A stretch of 32,000 nucleotides of DNA, from NCBI RefSeq assembly GCF_000007225.1, contig NC_003364.1, positions 990,001 through 1,022,000 on the forward strand. Direction: 5' to 3'. This document shows, piece by piece, positions 7,593 through 15,039 of the stretch. This DNA comes from Pyrobaculum aerophilum str. IM2 (lineage in GTDB: Archaea; Thermoproteota; Thermoprotei; Thermoproteales; Thermoproteaceae). Each line of letters opens with the position of its first letter. The stretch's first letter is position 1. Made by a program: the position numbers and the translations under genes. The notes beneath the pieces were generated by a model. That model was not told the DNA's origin and did not search any database. It saw only the letters and a program-made list of their open reading frames with translations.

Positions 7593-7703
7593 CTCGATGT
7601 TGGCGTAAAGATATACTATGTAACGAAATCATAGCTCTTGGTATTAGTAAATGGACGCTCCCTAGACTGGTCATATGAATTAAAAGAGTGCGACGAAGTT
7701 GCG

Positions 7704-9581
7704 TTAATGGTTTTGCTCTTGTCTTTGCGGCCTCCCCTCTCTCCACTGGTCTATTGCGTCTTTTAGTGGTTTGAACCGGCGCAGGGCGTCTAGCTGGTCG
7801 GCGAGGAGGGCCACTCTGCCCTTTCTCGCCTTTCCCGTCAACGCCTTCAACACGGCTACCTCAACATCGTCTCTGACCGTTGGCCGTGCTATTTCGTAGT
7901 AATACGTGACAGTTGTTTTGCCCCTCTCTTCCCGTTTCCTCGCCCAGTACCACTCCATCTTCAACTGTCTCCTCTCCCCTCCAGCTTCGTACTCCGCGAT
8001 TATGCGCAGGCGGCAGTCCTCTCCGGCGCATTGGCCTACGGGTTGGTTGCCTTTAACGAACTCGTACTTTAGGCCTACAACACGGGCAATTAAGTTGCCT
8101 CTATCGTCGTAAACTGGCAACGACGAGTCCACAGTCCCCTCTTCTCTCGCTGGTTTAAGCACATCATTCAGCTTATTAACTGCATCTTGGCCGTACCTAC
8201 GCTCCAACACGTCCTTCAGTTTCCTGATGAAGCGTGCCGCCTCCTTGTCGCCGCCCAGCGCCATGCACTGAATTTCGCGGAGGCCGTCGTAGGTGATGTG
8301 GATTACGTAGTGTCCGCTCCACTTCACGGTGAAGTCTCTGCCCTCCTTAAGCCTCGCCGTCTTTAAGGCGTTTATAACTGCGTCCTTATGGTCTTTTTTG
8401 ACGCTGATTACGCGTTTTCCGTCATCAATAGTGAAGTGTTCGCCCTCCCTCAGCCCGCTCCGTGCTAAAGCCTCAACAGCCTTCGTATATGACTCGTCTG
8501 CTATGCGGATTTCATAACCGCCTTGTTCTGTCACCGTGAAGTGTCTTCCCTCCTCTAGCCCTCTGGCCTTTAAGGCGTTTATGGCAGCGTTTTTAGAGGC
8601 TTCACTGCTTGGTTGATATTTTACCTTTATACGCTTGACTCCTGTCTCGTAATAAACCGAGAACTCCGCGCCGGCGAATTTAACGGTGTTAGGCCCAGCC
8701 TCAATATCTTTCACCAGCTGTTTATACCTATCCTCGCTGATCAGCCCCTTGAGCCCCTCGACAAAGCCTTTTAGCGCGTTTAGCCACCCGTCGTGGCGGA
8801 TGGCTATTATGCCGTCTGTGGTGAGCTGGACTACCCATTTACCCTCAAGAGGTTTAACCTCTGCTACACCTCCAAGCGCTTTGATAATGGATGCTAACCG
8901 ATCGGCGTTTTCGCGTGAGCCGATGAACTGAGCTTGTAGCTCACTGCCGGTCCAATACACGTTTATATGTGCCACTTCTTGCCCGTCAATCTTGAAGCGG
9001 ATGACAGTCTTTGGATAACTCCTGCTTGTGTCCAGCGGATCTCTCTCCACAACAATGTTTCTGCGTAAGTAGTTCTCGACCATTGTTATGATCTCATTAA
9101 ACTTTTTGAAAAAGCTTTCCTCCCTCACGTCGTAAGCCCAATCTACGCCGTATTTTGCCCTTACCACCTCGCCGCTGATTGCTCTAAACGCGTCGGCGAA
9201 TTCTGACAGGGCGTCCCTCGGCTCGTACAGCCTTGGAAGCGCTGGGACTAACGCTTTCAGCAGTTCGTTCAGCTCGGCGCCTCTGAAGACGATGCGATGT
9301 GCATTTCTGCCAGGATATACCGCACTTGGCTTAAGGCCAAGCTCCCTAAGCGCCCAGAGCCAGAACACAGTGAAGTGGTCGCGAGTCATAATCGGACTTT
9401 TCTCTTTTTCGGGGCCGCCTACTACAAGCCCAATATCATCTCTTAACACAACCCCGTCGTACAACACTGAGAATGTTACCGCCAAGGCCGCTTCCTCTCT
9501 GGACAGTTCACCCCTTCTGTGAGTCTCCACGGCGTATGCCAGAGGCGAGAGAACGTGGAAATATTTAGGCAAAAATAGCAT
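7704..9581 (-). CDS. PaREP2b-family protein (cassette B), 625 aa
   Basis: A long open ORF, paralogous to 24403..26325 (91 of the first 110 residues identical by hand alignment) and to 3043..4224. I recognise the family name from memory of Pyrobaculum aerophilum repeat families; the function is unknown. Confidence 0.88.
   Translation of the reverse strand: MLFLPKYFHVLSPLAYAVETHRRGELSREEAALAVTFSVLYDGVVLRDDIGLVVGGPEKEKSPIMTRDHFTVFWLWALRELGLKPSAVYPGRNAHRIVFRGAELNELLKALVPALPRLYEPRDALSEFADAFRAISGEVVRAKYGVDWAYDVREESFFKKFNEIITMVENYLRRNIVVERDPLDTSRSYPKTVIRFKIDGQEVAHINVYWTGSELQAQFIGSRENADRLASIIKALGGVAEVKPLEGKWVVQLTTDGIIAIRHDGWLNALKGFVEGLKGLISEDRYKQLVKDIEAGPNTVKFAGAEFSVYYETGVKRIKVKYQPSSEASKNAAINALKARGLEEGRHFTVTEQGGYEIRIADESYTKAVEALARSGLREGEHFTIDDGKRVISVKKDHKDAVINALKTARLKEGRDFTVKWSGHYVIHITYDGLREIQCMALGGDKEAARFIRKLKDVLERRYGQDAVNKLNDVLKPAREEGTVDSSLPVYDDRGNLIARVVGLKYEFVKGNQPVGQCAGEDCRLRIIAEYEAGGERRQLKMEWYWARKREERGKTTVTYYYEIARPTVRDDVEVAVLKALTGKARKGRVALLADQLDALRRFKPLKDAIDQWREGRPQRQEQNH
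8274..8603 (-). repeat. three tandem modules of about 35 aa inside PaREP2b-B (A[IV]xALKxxGLxEGxHFTV...)
   Basis: The modules are NAAINALKARGLEEGRHFTVTEQGGYEIRI, AVEALARSGLREGEHFTIDDGKRVISV and AVINALKTARLKEGRDFTVKWSGHYVIHI. They are also similar at nucleotide level (gccttaaag...gaggag gg..cacttcac). Confidence 0.8.
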
Positions 9582-9687
9582 TGGCTGAGTACGGCGAAAA
9601 ATACGCCGAGCCTTTAATCAGCGAGTATGCCCTAAGAAGGGCCTTTTGGTGGGAGGGGGAATAGCGTGGCAAGCCGATGTCCTGTTT
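9478..9687. repeat. 210-bp core of the large inverted repeat, perfectly identical to the reverse complement of 24297-24506
   Basis: Read base by base. It covers the first 104 nt of the PaREP2b ORF plus 106 nt upstream. Identity stops abruptly at both ends. Confidence 0.85.
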
Positions 9688-9835
9688 TGTGACGGAGAAA
9701 AAGGCGGTGTGCAAGGTGGGAGAAAAAATGGCCGCGTTTTACGTATTTGACACCCCCCACGGCGTCTACTTAAGGCCGGAGATAAAGCTTGTGGACGACT
9801 GGATTAAAGTGGCGCATAGGGGAGATGATAAGTAA
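9590..9835 (+). pseudogene. PaREP2a-like remnant (cassette B): N-terminally truncated with an in-frame TAG; a residual 52-codon ORF spans 9677..9835
   Basis: It translates as AEYGEKYAEPLISEYALRRAFWWEGE*RGKPMSCFVTEKKAVCKVGEK...VDDWIKVAHRGDDK*. The TAG at 9662-9664 sits where copy A has TGG. Confidence 0.65.
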
Positions 9836-10063
9836 GGCAGTTAAGGCGGCGTGTGTAAAAGTGGCATTGCCTGAAGCATTTTCCTTACCGCGCAAATTCG
9901 GCGTTTCATGGGGGTGTTTCACGCAAGGGGCCTTCTACGGCGTTGACGCCGTTGTGGCAGAGGGTGGCGCTAAGGGGGTGTATGTACGTTACGTACTGCC
10001 TTACGACGTTGAGACAATCTGTGGTTTAAAAAATCTATTTAAACTCGTGGTGGAGGGCGTCTC

Positions 10064-10750
10064 ATGAGGCGGGTTTTAATCACCTTGTTGTCCATCCTGG
10101 GGTTTTCCGCAGTCCTCACGTTCTTCCCCGCTGAGTTTTTCACAGTACTCATACTCTATTTCGTGTTCTTCTTTGGCCTGTCAATTATCATGGGGTTGAG
10201 GTCGTATAGAAAAGGCGTAGTGGCGGCACAGGAGATTTCCAGGGGTAGGCCGCTGATAGAAATAGATGAAAAAGAAGTAAATAAACTATTAGAAAAAGAT
10301 AAAGAGCTAATCAACGAGTACAAGAGATTCGCCAGAGCCTCATTTATGCCCCTACTAACCCTGCCCATATTTATCCTGCTGGCCACGTTTCTATTCCCAA
10401 CTCTGCCGCCCTTGGCCGAGTCCGGGCTTGGACCTGTAGTGGGCCGCGAGGCGGCCAGATTCCTAAGCTATGTAGTTGTATTCGGCATTTTTGCTGTAAT
10501 TTCCATGGCGACTTTTAGGCCGCCTGTTGCCCCGAGGATTGTGAGAAATCTCAAAGTGTACGAGGCGGGTCTGGTAATTGATAAAAGCTTGGGTCTTAAG
10601 GCGCCTATTGAAGTAACAGATTATAAAATAAATGAGGAAAGAAAATTCGTAGAATTTAAATTAAATAATCAGATATTTAGGATTTACTACAAGGATATAA
10701 AAGAACTTGATAGTATTTTATCTAAATTGGTAAGGCGCTTAAAACAGTGA
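10064..10750 (+). CDS. membrane protein (N-terminal and central TM segments, C-terminal soluble domain), function unknown
   Basis: A 228-aa ORF. An A/T box tttaaaaaatctatttaaa ends about 22 nt upstream of the ATG. Hydrophobic segments are present. The 3' end overlaps the convergent P1 gene by 12 bp. Confidence 0.75.
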   Translation: MRRVLITLLSILGFSAVLTFFPAEFFTVLILYFVFFFGLSIIMGLRSYRKGVVAAQEISRGRPLIEIDEKEVNKLLEKDKELINEYKRFARASFMPLLTLPIFILLATFLFPTLPPLAESGLGPVVGREAARFLSYVVVFGIFAVISMATFRPPVAPRIVRNLKVYEAGLVIDKSLGLKAPIEVTDYKINEERKFVEFKLNNQIFRIYYKDIKELDSILSKLVRRLKQ

Positions 10751-11071
10751 AGCCAAAGATCCGGCGATCTCCTCCTCGCTCGGCCCCTTCTTCTCCTCCT
10801 CTTCCTTTTTCTCCTCGGCCTTAGCTTGAGGCGCTGAGGCGGCGGCGGCAGTAGCCGCTGGAGCCGCAGCGGCTGGAGCGGCTGCAACTGGCGCAAAAGC
10901 CGCGGACTTAATGGCCTCCTCTATATTCACCTCTTTGAGGGCGGCCACTAACGTTTTAATTCTCACTTCGTCTGGCGTTATGCCAGCCGCTTGTAGCACT
11001 CTTGCCAGGTTCTCCTCGTTTATTTCTTGTTTGGCGTAGTGTAACAATAGGGCGCCGTAGATGTACTCCAT
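10739..11071 (-). CDS. ribosomal stalk protein P1 (L12e-type acidic protein)
   Basis: [31 protein letters not shown]..., followed by an Ala-rich hinge and an acidic [25 protein letters not shown] tail. I chose the start at ATG 11071, which is preceded by an A/T box at 11093-11106. Confidence 0.92.
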   Translation of the reverse strand: MEYIYGALLLHYAKQEINEENLARVLQAAGITPDEVRIKTLVAALKEVNIEEAIKSAAFAPVAAAPAAAAPAATAAAASAPQAKAEEKKEEEEKKGPSEEEIAGSLASLF

Positions 11072-11092
11072 GAAAAGTGACGAGAAGGAGAC

Positions 11093-11106
11093 ATTTAAAA
11101 ATTTTA
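11093..11106 (-). promoter_or_regulatory. TATA-like box (taaaatttttaaat on the reverse strand) for the P1 gene
   Basis: Lies 22-35 nt upstream of ATG 11071. Confidence 0.45.
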
Positions 11107-11114
11107 ACAACCCC

Positions 11115-11318
11115 TTATACCTCTTCGATCTTTACGTTCTTGCTCTTCAACTCCGACAGCACTTGCTCGGCCTTATCTGGCGGGAGTTTAATTGTATAAA
11201 GATAGCCGGAGAGCCGCGCCTTTAGCTTCACGTAGTCCTGATAGCGCTTAACTCTTATCTCCTCCGCCCTTTCGCCATATTGTTTCCAGAGCGCCAGTAG
11301 GAATAACTCCTTTGGCAT
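11115..11318 (-). CDS. rpl38e: ribosomal protein L38e
   Basis: A 67-aa ORF. ...[29 protein letters not shown]... matches the eukaryotic/crenarchaeal L38e core ([29 protein letters not shown]). A TATA-like aaattttatatat lies about 25 nt upstream. Confidence 0.8.
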   Translation of the reverse strand: MPKELFLLALWKQYGERAEEIRVKRYQDYVKLKARLSGYLYTIKLPPDKAEQVLSELKSKNVKIEEV

Positions 11319-11461
11319 ACCCCCTAGTAGAGAGGGATATATAAAATTTGGCCGGGGTAACCCGCCAGGCTCATCCGCCCCCGCTCAGGGGTGTTACCTA
11401 GGGCTAATCCTTTATTACTCCGAGTTTAAAATTTTTTCGACCCCACAATGAGGCCTTTCGG

Positions 11462-12022
11462 CTAATCTATATTTCTGTGCCTGTACTCTATATGCGGCAA
11501 CGTCCTCATGACTTCAAAGGCGAGGTTTGACAGCTGGTTTAACAGCTTGGCGGCGGGGGCCTCCCCCAGCGAGACCAGCCTCCTCTCGGCCCACCTTATC
11601 CACACCCTCGCCTCGTCCACCGCCGAGCACTCCGGCGAGGCGCAGGCCAGCCAGCTCCCCAGCCGCCCCTCCGGCGCCGCGGCGTAGGCCAGCTTCAGCG
11701 CCCTTCTGTACAGCGCAGTGGCCGTGTCCAAGTACTCAGCCCTCCCGGTGGCGAGGTAGAAGCCCAGCTCCATCAGCGAAAAGGCCACCAGCCTCATGAT
11801 CCTGGCCTGGGGGCGGGGGATGAGGTTTGCGGCCTTGTGGGAGTACGCTATGGCCGTGTCCAACGCGCCGTACAGCTTCACCACGGGGTCGTCCTTCCTG
11901 ACGGGCCTCGCCGAGCCCTTCCAGTAGACTACGGTGTCGCCGCTGTCGCCGGGGCAGGTAAACAGCAATAGACAGGGTTTTATCAGCACTATATACTGCC
12001 ACAAATCTAAATAAAAATACAA
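11462..12022 (-). CDS. PduO-type ATP:cob(I)alamin adenosyltransferase (start uncertain)
   Basis: GDSGDTVVYWKGSARPVRKDDPVVKLYGALDTAIAY resembles the TGDxGxT...RVxKDDxRVEAYGxVDELN N-terminus of PduO/MMAB-type enzymes. The gene is markedly GC-rich compared with its neighbours. Confidence 0.68.
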   Translation of the reverse strand: MYFYLDLWQYIVLIKPCLLLFTCPGDSGDTVVYWKGSARPVRKDDPVVKLYGALDTAIAYSHKAANLIPRPQARIMRLVAFSLMELGFYLATGRAEYLDTATALYRRALKLAYAAAPEGRLGSWLACASPECSAVDEARVWIRWAERRLVSLGEAPAAKLLNQLSNLAFEVMRTLPHIEYRHRNID

Positions 12023-12061
12023 CAGTTAAAATAGTGTGATGACGCCGCTGAGCGACGATTT

Positions 12062-13042
12062 GTGAAGTCATTTCAGCCGTCTGAACAGTTAATAGCCCAC
12101 AGGGTTTTAACTATAATGTTAGTTAAAAAGTCGGAAAAGAGGGGGCCGGGGCTGTTGAGAGAGGAGTTGAAGAGGCCCGGCATTGTCTTAGTCCCCGGGG
12201 TATTCAACGCGTTGACAGCCCTAATGGCGCAAGATCTCGGCTTCAGAGCTGTGTACGTGTCGGGGGCGGCGGTCACGGCCTCAATGGCCCTGCCGGATCT
12301 GGGCCTTATAACTATGGACGAAATGGTCAGGGCTGTGAAATATATAGTAGACGCCGTTGACATACCAGTAATAGTAGATATAGATACTGGATACGGCGAG
12401 GCCCTTAACGTCATGCGCGCAGTACGTGAGTTCGAGGCAATAGGGGCGGCTGGGGTTCAGTTAGAAGACCAGGTTTTGCCGAAAAAATGCGGACACCTAA
12501 GCGGCAAGGCGTTAATACCGCCTGACGAAATGGCGAAGAAAATACGCGCAGCTGTAGAGGCTAGGCGCAATCCAGATTTTGTGATTATTGCGCGTACAGA
12601 CGCCGTAGGCGTCACTGGGTTTGAAGACGCGGTAGAGCGTGCCTTATTATACTTAGAGGCAGGCGCTGATGTAATATTCCCAGAGGCTCTCCGATCTGAG
12701 GAGGAGTTCAGGGAGTTTGCCAGAAGAGTCAAAGCGCCGTTGCTGGCCAATATGACGGAGTTCGGCGTATCGCCTTTAATACCGGCGAAAAAATTGGAGG
12801 AGTTCGGCTATAAATTTGTGATATTTCCAGTAACGGCGCTTCGCGTGGCCATGTATGCAATTAGAGAAGTGTTTAAGACGATCTTGAGAGAGGGGACTCA
12901 GGCGTCTTGGCTCGACAAGATGTTTACTCGAAAAGAACTATACGAGCTAATTAAATATTACGACTACGAGAGAATAGACGGCGAAATCTCAAGCTATATA
13001 GATAATATTTATAAAAAACCTAGAGGAGAGCGCCATGGATAA
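12062..13042 (+). CDS. prpB: methylisocitrate lyase (PEP mutase / isocitrate lyase superfamily)
   Basis: Carries the KKCGHLSGK signature, DIDTGYG and EDQ motifs, and overlaps the downstream prpD-like gene by 8 bp. The true start may be the internal ATG in ..IMLVKKSEK. Confidence 0.82.
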   Translation: MKSFQPSEQLIAHRVLTIMLVKKSEKRGPGLLREELKRPGIVLVPGVFNALTALMAQDLGFRAVYVSGAAVTASMALPDLGLITMDEMVRAVKYIVDAVDIPVIVDIDTGYGEALNVMRAVREFEAIGAAGVQLEDQVLPKKCGHLSGKALIPPDEMAKKIRAAVEARRNPDFVIIARTDAVGVTGFEDAVERALLYLEAGADVIFPEALRSEEEFREFARRVKAPLLANMTEFGVSPLIPAKKLEEFGYKFVIFPVTALRVAMYAIREVFKTILREGTQASWLDKMFTRKELYELIKYYDYERIDGEISSYIDNIYKKPRGERHG

Positions 13043-14396
13043 AATAACTAAAATACTGGCCGAATATACGGAATCGGTAGACTACTCGAAAGTGCCATTA
13101 GAGGTGCGCCACGAGGTAAAGCGGCGTATTATTGACTCTATAGCGGTGGCCTTCGCCGCTTACAGCGCAGAGCCTGTAGTTCTTTCCAGGAGAGCCGCCT
13201 CTAAATTCGCGGTTAGAAAAGGCGCCAGGATTTTAGGCACGCGTTACGAAGTGGCCCCCGACTGGGCGACCTTTGTAAACGGCTTGATGATACGCTACCA
13301 TGACTACAACGACACATACCTCTCTAAAGAGCCGCTACACCCCAGCGATTTAATAGGCGCCGCGCTTGCAGTCGGCGATTATGTGGAGGCCAGAGGAACC
13401 GATTTAATCACCGCGGTGGCGATTGGGTATGAGGCCTCGGTGACTTTCTGCGACGGCGGCACGTTGCGCAAAAGGGGGTGGGATCACGTCAACTTCTTGG
13501 GCATAGGCAGCGTGTTGGCCTCTGCGAAGCTCCTCGGCTTAGATGCAGTTAAGACGCAACACGCCCTCTCGATTTACGCAGTGCCCCACGCGGCAATGAG
13601 ACAGACTAGAGTCGGCGAGTTGTCTATGTGGAAGGGCGCCGCAGCCGCTAACTCGAGCAGAAACGCGGTATTCGCCGCGTTGCTGGCGCAAGAGGGCTTC
13701 ACGGGGCCGTACAAACCCTTCGAGGGGGAGATGGGGTTCTTTAGGCAGTTGCTACAAGGAGACTTCGACGTGTCTGTGCTAAGCGGAATAGAGGCCAAGA
13801 ACCCGCCGCGCAGAATCCTCGACACTTATATAAAGCCTTACCCGGTGGAATACCACGCCCAGACCGCCGTAGAGGCCGCGTTGAGACTGAGGGAGAAGGT
13901 GAGAATAGAGGAAATTGAGAAGATTAGAATAGACACCTACGAGGCCGCGTATACAATTATAGGGCCTAAGGACCCGGAGAAGTGGGATCCCCACACTAAA
14001 GAGACCGCCGACCATTCGCTAATGTGGATAACGGCGGCGGCCTTCGTCTGGGGGCCTATAAAAATTGAACACTACAAGGACATTCGCAACCCCGCCGTCC
14101 TCACGCTCATGAAGAAAATTGAAGTCAACCTAGACCCAGAGCTGGACAAGCTGTACCCCCAGGCCTTCCCCACCGTGATAACCGTCTACACAAAGGGAGG
14201 CGCCAAATACACCGAGAGGGTAGACTACGCCAAGGGCCATCCCAAAAACCCAATGACAGACGCCGAGCTTGAGGCCAAATTCACGGCGCTGACTCAAGAC
14301 ATATTGCCAGAAGAGGTAAGGGGAAAAGTGTTGCAGATGCTCTGGCGCCTCGAAGATTACAACATAAAAGACATAATAGAAGCTCTTGTAGCCTAA
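13035..14396 (+). CDS. prpD: 2-methylcitrate dehydratase (MmgE/PrpD family)
   Basis: A 453-aa ORF with PrpD-like sequence throughout (RRIIDSIAVA..., HPSD..., WDHVNFLG..., GHPKNPMTDAELEAKF). It is coupled to prpB. Confidence 0.88.
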   Translation: MDKITKILAEYTESVDYSKVPLEVRHEVKRRIIDSIAVAFAAYSAEPVVLSRRAASKFAVRKGARILGTRYEVAPDWATFVNGLMIRYHDYNDTYLSKEPLHPSDLIGAALAVGDYVEARGTDLITAVAIGYEASVTFCDGGTLRKRGWDHVNFLGIGSVLASAKLLGLDAVKTQHALSIYAVPHAAMRQTRVGELSMWKGAAAANSSRNAVFAALLAQEGFTGPYKPFEGEMGFFRQLLQGDFDVSVLSGIEAKNPPRRILDTYIKPYPVEYHAQTAVEAALRLREKVRIEEIEKIRIDTYEAAYTIIGPKDPEKWDPHTKETADHSLMWITAAAFVWGPIKIEHYKDIRNPAVLTLMKKIEVNLDPELDKLYPQAFPTVITVYTKGGAKYTERVDYAKGHPKNPMTDAELEAKFTALTQDILPEEVRGKVLQMLWRLEDYNIKDIIEALVA

Positions 14397-14476
14397 CCAC
14401 TAGAACGACCTGTACCTGGCTAAATTTGCCTATGAATGCATAGCCAACTTTCAGATTGGCGCGTAGGATTTAAGCC

Positions 14477-14728
14477 TCAGCCGTAAATACAGATTATAAC
14501 TATTATCTCCTTCTCCCTCTTAGCAATTCTCGCCCCCATTTCGTTAATCTTTTCCAGCTCAAAAGAGGTTTTTCCTCCTAACCAGAACTCCATGTCTTCT
14601 GGAGCGTCCGGATAGTAGAAATGTGACGTCAGTAAGCGCTTATTGTGAGGCGCTATTGCGAGAAGTGTGCCAAAAACCCGTTCCTCATAGTGTCGCCTGG
14701 TCCGTTCCCGCACATGCAAGTACGTCAT
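14477..14728 (-). CDS. hypothetical 83-aa protein (weak call)
   Basis: ATG at 14728 opens MTYLHVRERTRRHYEERVFGTLLAIAPHNKRLL...EKINEMGARIAKREKE. No family recognised and no convincing TATA box. It lies in a 640-bp stretch otherwise lacking genes. Confidence 0.35.
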   Translation of the reverse strand: MTYLHVRERTRRHYEERVFGTLLAIAPHNKRLLTSHFYYPDAPEDMEFWLGGKTSFELEKINEMGARIAKREKEIIVIICIYG

Positions 14729-15039
14729 TTTTCTGCGCAAAGTCTTGTTCCACAAGCTGGCTGATAAGGCTGTAGTTCTTTGGCAACTCCGGCGTTTGCA
14801 AAGACTTGCTTGAGGGGGCCAAAGCAAGCGTAAAGGAGGGGAATACCGGAGAATACGCTTAACCCCGCTGTGCTGTACTGGGCATGACGCCTCGGAGCGC
14901 TGCTCCAGAGAAGAATAGCTTCCCGTGATGCCAAGGCCGTGCTATACCTCCTTCGCGACCTTTGAGTATTATGGACTAATTCCGAAAATGTTTTTGCCAA
15001 GAATCGAACGAGAAATAAAGAGGGGAAGTGTTTCACGAT

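Noticed and set aside
9789-10067. 92-codon ORF from the track
   Set aside because: It has no ATG. It begins inside the PaREP2a remnant and terminal motif and runs across the A/T promoter box of the 10064 gene, so it is probably a read-through artefact.
10687-10896. Arg/Pro-rich 69-codon ORF (..[15 protein letters not shown]..)
   Set aside because: It is an alternative-frame shadow of the Ala/Glu/Lys-rich tail of ribosomal protein P1 on the same strand.
11354-11400. Hairpin GGTAAC(11356-11361)/GTTACC(11393-11398) between the adenosyltransferase gene and the L38e promoter; considered as an H/ACA-like sRNA or a terminator
   Set aside because: Only 6 clean base pairs surround a 31-nt interior with poor further pairing. 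There is no ACA box or K-turn motif that I can defend. It may be chance in GC-rich sequence.
14725-15036. 103-codon ORF whose TGA overlaps the ATG of 14477..14728 in an ATGA arrangement; considered as a two-gene (toxin-antitoxin-like) pair
   Set aside because: It has only a GTG start, which lies on top of the opposite-strand promoter and start of the 15040 gene. Its composition is Ser/Arg/Ala-rich and no family is recognised. The downstream ORF is kept as a low-confidence feature only.
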